A DNA stretch of 64,000 nucleotides from Deltaproteobacteria bacterium (GCA_016212705.1 JACREU010000070.1:2524-66523); one strand, 5' to 3'. Positions 47,426 through 57,706 are shown, counted from the first letter of the stretch. Notes: generated from the sequence alone by a model not told the origin. A program made the numbers and translations.

Positions 47426-48184
47426 ATGGATATATTGACAATTATAGGCATAATCCTCGGCTTCGGCGCCATCATCGGCGGCCAGGTCCTCGAGGGCGGC
47501 TCCCTCAACTCGATAATGCAGGTGACGGCCGCGATAATCGTCCTCGGCGGAACGATCGGGGCGGTCTGCGTCAACTATTCCCTTAATACGTTCATCCTTG
47601 CGCTTAAGAACGCAAGGCTCGCCTTCTTCAACCATAAGTCCGACCCGAGGGAGTTCATAAGACTGATCTCGGAGCTCGCCGGGGCGGCGAGAAAGGACGG
47701 GCTCCTCGCGCTCGAGTCGCGTCTTAAGAGGATTGACGACCCGTTCCTCAGGAAAGGCCTCCAGCTCGTCGTTGACGGCACCGAGCCGAAGATCACGCGG
47801 GAGATTCTCGAGATAGAGATACAGTACACCGAGGAGTACAACCTCTCCTCGGCGAAGGTATTCGAGTCCGCGGGCGGCTACGCCCCGACAATCGGCATAC
47901 TCGGCGCCGTGCTCGGACTCATACACGTGATGGAGAACCTCGCCGAACCCTCGATGCTCGGCTCCGGCATAGCGGTGGCGTTCGTAGCGACCGTCTACGG
48001 CGTCGGCTCGGCGAACCTCCTATGGCTCCCGGTCGCCGGGAAGATGAAGCAGAAGATACGCGAGGATGTCATAGTGAAGGAGATGATCATCGAGGGGCTT
48101 ATCTCGCTTTCTGAGGGAGAGAACCCGAGGCGCGTGGAAGAGAAGCTCTCCGGGTTCCTGAGGGCCTCGGAGAAGAAAAAATAG
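47426..48184 (+). CDS. motA: Flagellar stator protein MotA
   Basis: 4-TM MotA/TolQ/ExbB family (APTIGILGAVLGLIHVM; VAFVATVYGVGSANLLWLP). Confidence 0.9.
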   Translation: MDILTIIGIILGFGAIIGGQVLEGGSLNSIMQVTAAIIVLGGTIGAVCVNYSLNTFILALKNARLAFFNHKSDPREFIRLISELAGAARKDGLLALESRLKRIDDPFLRKGLQLVVDGTEPKITREILEIEIQYTEEYNLSSAKVFESAGGYAPTIGILGAVLGLIHVMENLAEPSMLGSGIAVAFVATVYGVGSANLLWLPVAGKMKQKIREDVIVKEMIIEGLISLSEGENPRRVEEKLSGFLRASEKKK

Positions 48185-48224
48185 CCGTCGCTTTAGAGAA
48201 GGCCATTACAAGGGGTGTTTACCA

Positions 48225-48941
48225 GTGGCAAGGAAAAAGAGGCCCGAGGAGCACGAGAACCACGAGCGCTGGCTCGTCTCCTACGCCGACTTCATAACGC
48301 TCCTCTTCGCGTTTTTCACCTCCATGTACGCCATGTCGTCGGTGCACGAGGGCAAGTTCAGGATCCTGAGCGAATCGCTCGCGGTGTCCTTCAACCCTTC
48401 TCTCTACACTTCCACGAAGATGCAGGAGGGGCCGAGATTCGTCCGGGAGCAGAGGCCGTCCATCGCCACCGAGTTCAAGGATGTGAACGCCGGCAACTAC
48501 AAAAAGATACAGACCGCTCTGCGCGACCTCGAGAAGGATAAGAAGCTCACCTTCATCGTCGACAACCAGAAGGTGGTCATCAGGATATCCGAGACGAGCC
48601 TCTTCAAACCATCGAGCGACGAGATAGCCGAGGGCGGCTACGAGGTCCTCTCCGAGGTCGGCGCGGCGTTGAAGGACATGCCGGGCCAGTTGAGGATCGA
48701 GGGGCATACCGATAACATTCCAGTAAACACGCAGAGGTTCCCGACCAACTGGGACTTATCCAGCGCCAGAGCGCTTAAGGTCCTCAAGTACTTCATCGAC
48801 GCCCATTCCTTCGACCCCGCGAGGCTCTCAGCCGTCGGGCACGGCGAGTACAGGCCCATCGACTCGAACGACACGCCGACCGGGCGCGGCAAGAACAGGA
48901 GGGTGGACATAATGGTGATGAACGGGGATGTCCCCATGTAG
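48225..48941 (+). CDS. motB: Flagellar stator protein MotB (OmpA-like C-terminal domain)
   Basis: HERWLVSYADFITLLFAFF with the conserved Asp, and C-terminal GHTDN...NW.LS..RA....GRGKNRRVDI. GTG start. Confidence 0.9.
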   Translation: MARKKRPEEHENHERWLVSYADFITLLFAFFTSMYAMSSVHEGKFRILSESLAVSFNPSLYTSTKMQEGPRFVREQRPSIATEFKDVNAGNYKKIQTALRDLEKDKKLTFIVDNQKVVIRISETSLFKPSSDEIAEGGYEVLSEVGAALKDMPGQLRIEGHTDNIPVNTQRFPTNWDLSSARALKVLKYFIDAHSFDPARLSAVGHGEYRPIDSNDTPTGRGKNRRVDIMVMNGDVPM

Positions 48942-49129
48942 CGGGCCTCAACCCAGTCCATCTGCTTAGTTGGCGTCAAAGCCCTGTCCAGCTGGGTGCA
49001 AACGAGTACGCCCAGGGCCCGGTGCCTTTTGGGCAAACCGGGCGAATTTCAGGTTTTCAGGGCCTCTTCAGGGCCTTTTTAGCCATTTATCCCGCGCCGT
49101 TGCCCGCCTCCCACGTCTTAAATATAATG

Positions 49130-49156
49130 TCAAGTTTTTTTTGAAAACGCCGAAGA
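49130..49156 (+). promoter_or_regulatory. sigma-28-like promoter of cheW-mcp
   Basis: TCAAGTTT-N11-GCCGAAGA versus TAAAGTTT-N11-GCCGATAA. It lies about 60 nt upstream of the cheW ATG. Confidence 0.55.
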
Positions 49157-49216
49157 GCAAAGAAAGCGTACATGGACAGGCGTTTTTATCCCCCGATATT
49201 ATGAGGAGGCGTAACG

Positions 49217-49708
49217 ATGGACATAAAGAAGGACTTTGATTCCAAGGAAGTGCTCCAGCTCGTGACTTTCAGGCTGGGGAACGAGGAGTTCTCCCTCGAC
49301 ATATTGAGGGTGCAGGAGATAATAAGGCACATGGACCTCACCCGGGTGCCGCGCACGCCGGACTTCGTCGAAGGGGTCATCAACCTCAGGGGCAGGGTAA
49401 TACCTGTCCTTGACCTCAGGAAGCGTTTCGGCCTGCCGGCGGAAGACAGGACGAACGAGACAAGGATAATAGTCATTGACGTGGACAACAGGACCGTGGG
49501 GCTTAAGGTTGACGCGGTCTCCGAGGTGTTGAGGCTTCCATCCGACACCGTCGAGCCTCCGCCGTCCATCGTAACCGGGGCCGAGTCCGAGTACATAAAA
49601 GGCGTTGGCAAGCTCGACAACAGGCTCATAATCCTCCTCGACGTATCAAAGATACTCAGCAGGAGCGAGAGGGACGCGCTCGGGCACCAGCTTAGCGCCG
49701 TAGCCTGA
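49217..49708 (+). CDS. cheW: Chemotaxis coupling protein CheW
   Basis: [22 protein letters not shown] and [20 protein letters not shown]. Confidence 0.9.
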   Translation: MDIKKDFDSKEVLQLVTFRLGNEEFSLDILRVQEIIRHMDLTRVPRTPDFVEGVINLRGRVIPVLDLRKRFGLPAEDRTNETRIIVIDVDNRTVGLKVDAVSEVLRLPSDTVEPPPSIVTGAESEYIKGVGKLDNRLIILLDVSKILSRSERDALGHQLSAVA

Positions 49709-49736
49709 AAACATTATAATTCCCGGAGGTTCTGCA

Positions 49737-51818
49737 GTGGATCTTCATTCAGTGAAATCCAGGTTCCTTGGCAGTTATGTCTTTCTTATAATCCTTTTCG
49801 TCATCCAGCTACCCATAATATATGTGCTGGTCGGCGGGATGAGCCAGAAGTACTCGCAGGTCGTGGAGGCGGGCGCCCTGAGAAAAAGGGTCGTCGAGCT
49901 GAACTACGTCCTTAACCGCCATATCATGAACGGCGAGGAGGAACTCGAGCAGGTCTTCCAGGACAAAAAGGCCGAATACGGCAGGGTCATCGAGTCGCTC
50001 AGGACCGGGACCGACGAGGTGCCGGCGGTCACAGGGTCGGCGAAAGACAAGCTCCAGGCGGTTGAAGAAAAATGGGAGGGGATGCTCGTTGCCCTGGACA
50101 AGACGATGGAGAGCGGCGACAGCCTGTCCGAGGCCATGATGGAGCTGGAGAGTACCACATACCCGATGGTCGACAGGATGAACGGGATCGTCAAGGGGTT
50201 TGTGGCGCTCGGCGACCAGTCGTACAGCAAGTCGATAGACCTTGCCGGGCTCCAGAGGATGAGGACCGTGAACATGGCCTATCTCATGGAGCGCTACGCG
50301 AGATCGAATTACGAGCTCAACCTCGTTTCCGATAACCTCAAAAAGACCATGAGCGATTTTGAGGCGACGCTAAAGGGCCTCAAAAACGGCTCCGCGGAGC
50401 TGAACCTCCGGCCGGTCCACAACCCGGATATAATAAGGAAGATCAACGAGGCCGAGGGGCTCTGGGCCAAAAGGAAGGAACTCGTTGCGACTGGCATGAA
50501 GGACAAGGAAGCCTTCGCCGCCAACGTGAACGAGCTCTCCAACAGGCACACGCCTGAGATACTCGCCGCCGCCGACGACCTTACGAAGGAGATAGCCGCA
50601 AACGCCAGGGCTTCAGCGATGAAGGGGATAGCCGTAATGGCCGTCGCGGTATTCCTCTCGGTCGGAGTATCCGTATTTTTCATGTGGTCAACGAACACCC
50701 ACATCATAAGGCCCATCATCAGGGTCAAGGAGACCGTAGAGGCCATCTCTCAAGGCGACCTCTCGAAAAGGGCCGATATAAAGGTCAGGTTCCTGGGCAG
50801 AGAGCTTCGCGACGAGGTGACGAGCCTTGGCGGGAGCGTCGACGCGATGGCCGTGCAGATGTCCGGCGTCATAGGCAGGATAACCGATTCATCGAACCTG
50901 CTCGCCTCGGCCGCGGAACAGCTCTCCTCGTCCGCGACACAGATAGAGGTGGGCGCTAACAGGCAGTCGGGGCAGACGGTCCAGGTGGCCACCTCCATGG
51001 AGGAGATGAACTCAACGGTCATAGAGGTCGCCAAGAACTCGAACAAGGTATCGGAATCCGCAAGGAACGCGCAAAGCATAGCGGTAAAGGGCGGCGGCGT
51101 CGTATCTGAAGCGATCTCAGCCATGCAGGAGGTCGCGGAATCCACTTCAGTCACGGCTGACACTATAAAGAAGCTCGGCAAGTCTTCCGAGGAGATAGGC
51201 ACTATCGTTTCAGTCATCAACGACATAGCCGACCAGACGAACCTCCTTGCGCTTAACGCCGCCATAGAGGCGGCCAGGGCCGGCGAGCAGGGCAGGGGCT
51301 TCGCCGTCGTCGCCGACGAGGTGAGGAAGCTCGCCGAGAGGACCACCAAGGCGACAAAAGAGATAAGCGGGATGATAAGGACCATACAGTCCGAGACCGG
51401 CACAGCCGTTTCAGCGATGGACGACGGCACGAAGAGGGTGGAAAAGGGCGTAAGACTGGCCAACGAGGCCGGCGACGCGTTGAAGAGGATAGTAACCGGT
51501 GTTGAGAATGTAACCGACATGATAAGCCACATAGCCACCTCAGCCGAGGAGCAGAGCGCGACGGCCGACGAGATAGCCCAGAACATGGACTCCATAGCCG
51601 AGGTAGCGAAGACCAATGTGGGCGCGATAGCCGATGTCTCAAGGGCTACGAGCGAGATGGCCAGGCTCGCAACCGAACTCAAGGGCCTTGTCGCGAACTT
51701 CAGGGTAGAGCACGCCTCCAACAGCCGCGCCGCCGGGATGAAGGTCGTCGAAGGCGGCAGGAAGAGCGCGGAAGTCAAACCGTTTCCGCTCTTCAAGAAG
51801 GCGAGCGGCCATGCCTAA
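49737..51818 (+). CDS. Methyl-accepting chemotaxis protein with periplasmic helical sensor and HAMP domain
   Basis: Two TM helices, HAMP ([21 protein letters not shown]) and signalling hairpin [42 protein letters not shown] start. Confidence 0.9.
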   Translation: MDLHSVKSRFLGSYVFLIILFVIQLPIIYVLVGGMSQKYSQVVEAGALRKRVVELNYVLNRHIMNGEEELEQVFQDKKAEYGRVIESLRTGTDEVPAVTGSAKDKLQAVEEKWEGMLVALDKTMESGDSLSEAMMELESTTYPMVDRMNGIVKGFVALGDQSYSKSIDLAGLQRMRTVNMAYLMERYARSNYELNLVSDNLKKTMSDFEATLKGLKNGSAELNLRPVHNPDIIRKINEAEGLWAKRKELVATGMKDKEAFAANVNELSNRHTPEILAAADDLTKEIAANARASAMKGIAVMAVAVFLSVGVSVFFMWSTNTHIIRPIIRVKETVEAISQGDLSKRADIKVRFLGRELRDEVTSLGGSVDAMAVQMSGVIGRITDSSNLLASAAEQLSSSATQIEVGANRQSGQTVQVATSMEEMNSTVIEVAKNSNKVSESARNAQSIAVKGGGVVSEAISAMQEVAESTSVTADTIKKLGKSSEEIGTIVSVINDIADQTNLLALNAAIEAARAGEQGRGFAVVADEVRKLAERTTKATKEISGMIRTIQSETGTAVSAMDDGTKRVEKGVRLANEAGDALKRIVTGVENVTDMISHIATSAEEQSATADEIAQNMDSIAEVAKTNVGAIADVSRATSEMARLATELKGLVANFRVEHASNSRAAGMKVVEGGRKSAEVKPFPLFKKASGHA

Positions 51819-51839
51819 GGCCAAAACAAGGAGAGCAAT

Positions 51840-52691
51840 ATGATAACCGCGCAAAAGGAAAAGATCACTGAGGTCGCCCTGAAGGCGTCGGAACTGCCGG
51901 TCCTTCCGGTCACGACACAAAAGGTCCTCTCCATAATGGCGGACCCTGACGTCTCCATCGAGAAGATAAAGAGGCTCATCGGGGCCGACCCGGGGCTGAC
52001 GACAAAGATACTCATGGTGGCCAACTCCGCCTTTTACGGGAGTTACAGGAACATACAGAACCTGACGCAGGCTATCCTCCGGCTCGGGCTGAATGCCGTA
52101 AGGTCGATAGTGGTGGCCACATCCATGAAAAACGTCTATAAGAGGTTCGGCCTGACGGAAAAATTGCTCTGGGAGCAGATCATAGGCTCGGCCCTTGCGG
52201 CGAACATCATCGCGAGACAGACGCGCCTCTCAGACCCCGAGGACGCCTTCATAGGCGGGCTCCTCCATGACATTGGAAAGGTCGTGCTCAATAACGAGTT
52301 CCCCGAGGACTTCGCGCGCGTTATGGAGCGCGTCTACAACGACTCGGTCCCGTTCGCAATGGCCGAGGCAGAGGTTTTTGATTTTTCACAGAGGAAGCTC
52401 GGCGCCGAGGTGGTCAAGAAGTGGGGGTTCCCGGAGACCCTTGAGAAACTGCTCCTCCACTTCGACGACCAGGAGGAGATAAAGAAGGAGAAGTATCTCT
52501 ATAACCTCGTCACCATCATAACGCTCGCCGACAGGATGTGCCAAAAGTTTGGCGTGGGTTGGAGAAAACCCGGCGGTGAAGGGGTGGATTTCGGCAATCT
52601 CCCCGAATCCCTTGGCCTCGATCAGGAGGAGATGAAGGACCTCACGGAAAAGATACAGGTGACGTTCAGCCAGGGAATTGAACTTTATTAG
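51840..52691 (+). CDS. HDOD-domain signalling protein
   Basis: LPVLPVTTQKVLSIMADPDVSIEKIKRLIGADPGLTTKIL and GGLLHDIGKVVL. Confidence 0.8.
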   Translation: MITAQKEKITEVALKASELPVLPVTTQKVLSIMADPDVSIEKIKRLIGADPGLTTKILMVANSAFYGSYRNIQNLTQAILRLGLNAVRSIVVATSMKNVYKRFGLTEKLLWEQIIGSALAANIIARQTRLSDPEDAFIGGLLHDIGKVVLNNEFPEDFARVMERVYNDSVPFAMAEAEVFDFSQRKLGAEVVKKWGFPETLEKLLLHFDDQEEIKKEKYLYNLVTIITLADRMCQKFGVGWRKPGGEGVDFGNLPESLGLDQEEMKDLTEKIQVTFSQGIELY

Positions 52692-52748
52692 GTACTTGAA
52701 TATTTTCAGCCTCTGCTCTATCTAATAAACCCCGCGCGTGCCGTTATC

Positions 52749-52764
52749 CGGCACGCCAATTGCA
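52749..52764 (+). promoter_or_regulatory. sigma-54-like promoter upstream of the small TM/coiled-coil gene
   Basis: CGGCACGCCAATTGCA (GG-N10-GC retained), 62 nt upstream of ATG 52826. It overlaps the hairpin at 52736-52756. Confidence 0.45.
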
Positions 52765-52825
52765 TATACATAACTCCAGGCATTCTGTATCGTCATTTGC
52801 GCCTCTTTACGGATGGGGATTAACA

Positions 52826-53263
52826 ATGGAGCTATGGGTTCTCGTACTTTCGGCGGTAGACCTCGCCCTTATGGGCGGCATCCTCTATATCATGGCAAGG
52901 AAGAAGGCCCTGCAGAGGCCGAATAATGCGTCCGCGCCATCCGTGGACCGTATAAAGGAACTGGAGAACGAGATCTCGGGGATAAGGAAGCTCTCCGCCG
53001 AGTTGGAGAGGAAAAAGGCCGCATTCGAGAGGCATGAAGATACCATGGGCGAGCGTACGAGGAGGCTCGACGCGGCAGTCAAGCAGGCTGAGGATTCGGC
53101 TAAGAAGCTCGAGGCCCGCTACTTAAGCGAGAAGAACGAGGACATGTACGGAAGGGCGGTTAAGATGCTGAAGGCCGGGACCCCTGCCGACGAGGTCGTA
53201 AGGGGCCTCGGGTTGCTCTCAGGCGAGGTAGACCTCATGTCTTCCCTCAATAATTACAGGTAA
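52826..53263 (+). CDS. Small membrane-anchored coiled-coil protein, possibly DUF2802-like
   Basis: N-terminal TM (MELWVLVLSAVDLALMGGILYI), coiled coil and C-terminal GTPADEVVRGLGLLSGEVDLMSSL. The start was set to ATG 52826. The family call is from memory only. Confidence 0.45.
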   Translation: MELWVLVLSAVDLALMGGILYIMARKKALQRPNNASAPSVDRIKELENEISGIRKLSAELERKKAAFERHEDTMGERTRRLDAAVKQAEDSAKKLEARYLSEKNEDMYGRAVKMLKAGTPADEVVRGLGLLSGEVDLMSSLNNYR

Positions 53264-53433
53264 CTTATCCGGGTGAGAGCCCGGTTTATAAAGACTCCGT
53301 AACACCCCACCAAATCCCCCCTCTCCCTCACCGGGAGCGGGGGGCACCTCTTTTCAGTCTGCTGAAAAAGTCCACCTGCTTCGCTCCCCTATTTCAACCG
53401 GGGCCTCGCATCTGGAGCTTATTTGAAGCCTGA

Positions 53434-53466
53434 CGCGCATTCCGAGTTTTTTAGTAACCTGTTAGG
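53434..53466. repeat. Copy A of a ~33-nt intergenic repeat
   Basis: CGCGCATTCCGAGTTTTTTAGTAACCTGTTAGG matches 55824-55859 at about 26 of 31 aligned positions. Confidence 0.45.
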
Positions 53467-53573
53467 CTTTCAGAAGCACGGCAAAAAGGTCTTACCCGGC
53501 ATTTTATTCCCTCTTGAAGCCGGCCTCTCTCTGAAAATCGTCGAAAACCGAGGCACAAGCGCGCCTGTGTGCC

Positions 53574-53589
53574 TGGCACGCATGTTGCA
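53574..53589 (+). promoter_or_regulatory. sigma-54 promoter of the flgF-flgJ operon
   Basis: TGGCACGCATGTTGCA, an exact consensus, 32 nt upstream of ATG 53621. Confidence 0.7.
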
Positions 53590-53620
53590 TTATACTCTGC
53601 CAGTACAAGGAGGCAAAAAG

Positions 53621-54328
53621 ATGGACAGGTCGATATTCGTCGCGCTCTCAGGCGCGGTCGTACAGGAAAAGAGGCTGGAGGTCCTGACCGACAACCTCGC
53701 CAATGTGAATACCGCCGGTTTCAAGAAACAGAAACCGCTTTTTGAGGATTCGATGCCTGACGGCTACGGCATAAGGGATTTTGCCTCGATGGATAAGGTA
53801 GTTACGGATATGTCCCAGGGGCCTTCCGAAAAGACCGGCAGGATGCTCGACCTCGCGATAAAGGGCGAGGGGTTCTTCGTCATGAACACCGGTAACGGCC
53901 CCCGTTACACGAGGGACGGGTCGTTCACGCTGGCCACTGACGGGACGCTTACCTCCCGCGAAGGGTTCCCGGTTACAGGCGACAAGGGTGTCATAAAGTT
54001 GACTTCTCCGGATGTCGCGATTGACGCGGAGGGGAATATCCGGGAAAAAGGCGCGATCGTTGACAGGCTGAAGGTCGTTTCGTTCTCGAACCTTATGGAC
54101 TTAAGGCGCGAGGGGAACTTCTTCATGCCCGTGGATGGGGCCAAGGAGACGGCGGTATCCAAAGAAACCGCGATCGACCAGGGGTACGTGGAGACCTCGA
54201 ACGTCAACGCCGTCCGCGCGATGACGACGATGATAGAGGCGATGAGGTCTTTTGAGACGCACACGAAGATGATACAGACGATCGACGACATGACGAAAAA
54301 GGCGATAGAAGAGGTCGGGAGGGTCTGA
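53621..54328 (+). CDS. flgF: Flagellar proximal rod protein FlgF
   Basis: MDRSIFVALSGA...LANVNTAGFKK and C-terminal rod motif. The start was set to in-frame ATG 53621 with an AGGAGG RBS; the track start 53423 lies upstream of the promoter. Confidence 0.85.
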   Translation: MDRSIFVALSGAVVQEKRLEVLTDNLANVNTAGFKKQKPLFEDSMPDGYGIRDFASMDKVVTDMSQGPSEKTGRMLDLAIKGEGFFVMNTGNGPRYTRDGSFTLATDGTLTSREGFPVTGDKGVIKLTSPDVAIDAEGNIREKGAIVDRLKVVSFSNLMDLRREGNFFMPVDGAKETAVSKETAIDQGYVETSNVNAVRAMTTMIEAMRSFETHTKMIQTIDDMTKKAIEEVGRV

Positions 54329-54352
54329 CCTTAATCTAAGGAGGAATATTAC

Positions 54353-55141
54353 ATGATAAGGGCATTGTGGACGGCATCGACTGGCATGGAAGCCCAACAG
54401 CTGAACATCGACGTGATAGCCAACAACCTCGCTAACGTCAACACCACCGGTTTTAAGAAGAGCAGGGCCGACTACCAGGACCTCCTTTATCAGGAGTTGA
54501 AATCAGCCGGCGCGTCGTCCTCCCCGTCCACGATGGTCCCGACCGGCATCCAGATAGGGCAGGGCGTCCGGACCGTGTCGGTCGAAAAGGTCTTCAACCA
54601 GGGCAACTTCAAGGAGTCGCAGAACTCGCTCGATCTCGCCATAGAGGGCGACGGGTTCTTCCAGATAGCGAAGCCAGACGGCACGACGGCGTACACGAGG
54701 AACGGGGAGTTGAAGATCGACAGCGAAGGCCGCCTCGTAACCTCGGACGGCTATTTGCTCGAGCCCCAGATAACGATACCATCGGACACGCTCACCGTGA
54801 CCATCAGCGCGGACGGCATAGTGTCCGTTACTCAGCCGTCGTCCGCGAGCAACACCCAGGTGGGGACGATCGAGCTCGCGAGGTTCATAAACCCCTCGGG
54901 CCTCCAGTCCGTCGGAAAAAACCTGTACCTGCCGACGTCCGCTTCAGGCGACGCCATAACCTCGACCCCAGGCTCAGACGGCTTCGGTACGCTCGCGCAG
55001 GGCTTTCTCGAGATGTCCAACGTGAGTGTCGTGGAAGAGATGGTAGCGATGATCGCCGCGCAGAGGGCCTACGAGATAAATTCCAAGTCCATACAGACGA
55101 CGGACGAGATGCTCCAGACCGCGAACTCCATGAAGAGGTAA
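54353..55141 (+). CDS. flgG: Flagellar distal rod protein FlgG
   Basis: [38 protein letters not shown] and C-terminal [13 protein letters not shown]. Confidence 0.95.
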   Translation: MIRALWTASTGMEAQQLNIDVIANNLANVNTTGFKKSRADYQDLLYQELKSAGASSSPSTMVPTGIQIGQGVRTVSVEKVFNQGNFKESQNSLDLAIEGDGFFQIAKPDGTTAYTRNGELKIDSEGRLVTSDGYLLEPQITIPSDTLTVTISADGIVSVTQPSSASNTQVGTIELARFINPSGLQSVGKNLYLPTSASGDAITSTPGSDGFGTLAQGFLEMSNVSVVEEMVAMIAAQRAYEINSKSIQTTDEMLQTANSMKR

Positions 55142-55144
55142 CGG

Positions 55145-55813
55145 GTGAAGAAGGCCATCCTGATAACGCTCCTTGTCCTTGCGCTTCCGGCGCTCTCCTA
55201 CGGGCTCGACGTTGACGCCGAGATAAAGTCCGCGCTCGTTAAGGTCTCGCCCTGGAGCGGCACAAAGGTAGAGGTCGAGGAGATTGAAGTGCCCGGGATC
55301 GAAAAGGAGAGGTTCGACGCGATAGAGGTAAGGCTCCCAAACGCGAAGGCGGCCGGAAAGGTCGCGTTCCAGGCGGTGCTTAAGACAGGCGGCAAGGAAA
55401 CAAAGACCCTCTGGGGCTCGGCGCGGATTCGGGTATACAGGGACGCGCTCGTGGCCTTGCGCGCGCTTAAGATGAAGTCGAAGCCTTCGCCCGACGACGT
55501 GAAACTTGTTTCCGTGGAGGTCAGGGACGCCCCAGACGCGGTAGCGTCGATAGACGAACTCGACGGCATGGTCGTAAAGAGGCCGATTTCAGCCGGCTCA
55601 ATCATAAAAAGGGATTATCTCAAGCTTGAAACAGTTGTAAGGAAGGGCGACAGGGTCACAGTCTGGGTGGAGGGCAGGTCCGTCAGGGTCAAGACCGCGG
55701 CTATCGCTTCAGAGGACGGCGGCAAGGGCGCAGTGATAACCGCCCGCGCGCTTTCGGGTAGAGAGATAAACGGCGTCGTTAGAGGCCCGGGAGAACTGCT
55801 CGTTGAGTTCTGA
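55145..55813 (+). CDS. flgA: Flagellar P-ring assembly chaperone FlgA
   Basis: Signal peptide, SAF-like VVKRPISAGSIIKRDYL and GDRVTVWVEGRSVRVKTAAIASEDGGKGAVI. GTG start. Confidence 0.8.
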   Translation: MKKAILITLLVLALPALSYGLDVDAEIKSALVKVSPWSGTKVEVEEIEVPGIEKERFDAIEVRLPNAKAAGKVAFQAVLKTGGKETKTLWGSARIRVYRDALVALRALKMKSKPSPDDVKLVSVEVRDAPDAVASIDELDGMVVKRPISAGSIIKRDYLKLETVVRKGDRVTVWVEGRSVRVKTAAIASEDGGKGAVITARALSGREINGVVRGPGELLVEF

Positions 55814-55823
55814 GAGGCCGCTT

Positions 55824-55859
55824 CGCGCATTTAGAGTTTTTCAGCAACCTGCTAAACGG
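55824..55859. repeat. Copy B of the ~33-nt intergenic repeat, in the flgA-flgH spacer
   Basis: CGCGCATTTAGAGTTTTTCAGCAACCTGCTAAACGG is similar to 53434-53466. Confidence 0.45.
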
Positions 55860-55866
55860 AGCTTCA

Positions 55867-56568
55867 GTGATGAGAAAAGTTTTAAGGATACTCGCAACAC
55901 TCTGCGCCCTGGCTTTCTTCGCCGGTTGCGCCACACCCGAGCCAAAGAAGATAGACATATCTAACATCCCTGTCCAGGGGAACGCCGCGTCGACGACGCC
56001 AGGGTCTCTCTGGCCCGGCGAGACGTCGAGGAACACGCTCTTTCAGGATTTGAGGGCCAGGAACGTAGGCGACATCATAACGATAGAAATAACCGAAAAG
56101 ACGAGCGCCATAAAAGAGGCGACGACATCGACTTCGAGGTCGTCTTCAAAGGACATAGCGCTCGCCAACCTCTTCGGCCTCCCGTCGAACCTCGGGATGA
56201 GGAACTTTCTCGGCCAGGGCACACCCTTCAGCCCCGAGGTCTCCTCCACCTATGACTCGTCGTTCGACGGCTCCGGCACCACAAAGAGGAGCGGGGAGTT
56301 GAGCGCCACCATTACGGCGAGGGTCATAAAGGTTCTTTTGAACGGCAACCTGGTGCTTGAGGGCAAGAAGGACATGGTCGTGAACAACGAGCTTCAGTAC
56401 ATAATCTTGAGCGGCATCGCTAGGCCCGAGGACATAACGGAATCCAATATCGTCTCATCGAGCCAGTTATCCGACGCGCGCATAGAGTACTCAGGCAAAG
56501 GAGTGCTCGCCGACGAACAGAGCCAGGGCTGGCTCGGAAGGATACTCGACAATGTCTGGCCGTTCTAA
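55867..56568 (+). CDS. flgH: Flagellar L-ring lipoprotein FlgH
   Basis: Lipobox LAFFAGC, then LFQDLRARNVGDIITIEI and C-terminal IEYSGKG. Confidence 0.9.
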   Translation: MMRKVLRILATLCALAFFAGCATPEPKKIDISNIPVQGNAASTTPGSLWPGETSRNTLFQDLRARNVGDIITIEITEKTSAIKEATTSTSRSSSKDIALANLFGLPSNLGMRNFLGQGTPFSPEVSSTYDSSFDGSGTTKRSGELSATITARVIKVLLNGNLVLEGKKDMVVNNELQYIILSGIARPEDITESNIVSSSQLSDARIEYSGKGVLADEQSQGWLGRILDNVWPF

Positions 56569-57694
56569 AACGTTTATTGAGAGGATGGATGTGACTACTA
56601 TTTTAAAAAGGCTACTGGCCGTACTCGCTTTTATCCTCGCGACGGCGTTCCTAAGCGGCGTATCCGAGGCCGCGCGCATAAAGGACGTCGCCTTTATCGA
56701 AGGGGTGAGGTCCAACCAGCTCGTAGGCTATGGGCTCGTCGTCGGCCTCAGCGGCACCGGGGACAAGTCCAGCAACGCCACAAACCAGTCGATGTCCAAC
56801 ATGCTTAACAGGATGGGGATGAAGATAGACCCCAAGAACGTGAAGGTCAAGAACACGGCCTCCGTCCTTGTAACCGCCGAGATACCGCCGTTCATAAAGC
56901 CCGGCGCCAGGATTGACGTGCTTGTGTCGTCCATCGGCGACGCAACGAGCCTCCAGGGCGGCACGTTAATATCCACGCCGCTGCGCGCGCCGGACGGCGC
57001 GGTCTACGCCATGGCGCAGGGGGCGATAGCTCTCGCGGGTTTTACCGCCGGGAAGAGCGCGAGCGTGACGAAGAACCATCAGACGGCCGGAAAGATCCCG
57101 AACGGGTCGATACTCGAGCGCGAAGTCCCTTTCGCGCTGAATACTGAAAACGGGCTGGTATTTTCCCTCCGGAACCCGGACTTCACTACCGCCGCGCGGA
57201 TGGTCGACGCGATAAACAAGGGGCTCGGTTATGACGCGGCTAAGGCTGTCGACGCGGGCAAGATAAGGGTCTCACAGCTTCCGGGGGCGACAGGCGTCAT
57301 AGGGCTCATTTCCACGATAGAACTGCTGGAAATAAAGACCGACGCGGTCACGAAGGTCGTTGTGAACGAGAGGACCGGGACGGTCGTCATGGGAGAGAAC
57401 GTAAGCATCTCGAGTGTGGCGATTTCCCACGGCGACATAAGCATAGAGGTGAAGACCCAGTACCACATATCCCAGCCCTCGCCGTTTTCGAAGGGAGAGA
57501 CGGTAGTCCAGCCTGTTGAGGAGACGACCGTGCAGGAAGAGAGGTCGAGGCTTATCGTGCTCCCCGAGAGCGTAACGCTCGGCGAGGTGGTAAGGGCCCT
57601 TAACCTCGTGGGGGTCACCCCGCGGGACCTCGTAGCGATACTCCAGGCCATCAAGGCCGCCGGGGCCCTGCAGGCGGAGCTTGAGATCATCTAA
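56552..57694 (+). CDS. flgI: Flagellar P-ring protein FlgI
   Basis: RIKDVAFIEGVRSNQLVGYGLVVGLSGTGD and C-terminal LVAILQAIKAAGALQAELEII. The start is uncertain (56552 or 56585). Confidence 0.95.
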   Translation: MSGRSKTFIERMDVTTILKRLLAVLAFILATAFLSGVSEAARIKDVAFIEGVRSNQLVGYGLVVGLSGTGDKSSNATNQSMSNMLNRMGMKIDPKNVKVKNTASVLVTAEIPPFIKPGARIDVLVSSIGDATSLQGGTLISTPLRAPDGAVYAMAQGAIALAGFTAGKSASVTKNHQTAGKIPNGSILEREVPFALNTENGLVFSLRNPDFTTAARMVDAINKGLGYDAAKAVDAGKIRVSQLPGATGVIGLISTIELLEIKTDAVTKVVVNERTGTVVMGENVSISSVAISHGDISIEVKTQYHISQPSPFSKGETVVQPVEETTVQEERSRLIVLPESVTLGEVVRALNLVGVTPRDLVAILQAIKAAGALQAELEII

Positions 57695-57706
57695 GGAGGA
57701 GCCATC

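Noticed and set aside
48970-49239. 89-aa plus-strand ORF in the motB-cheW spacer.
   Set aside because: It has no RBS, runs through the sigma-28-like promoter and into the cheW start, and has an Arg/Pro-rich composition. It is likely non-coding.
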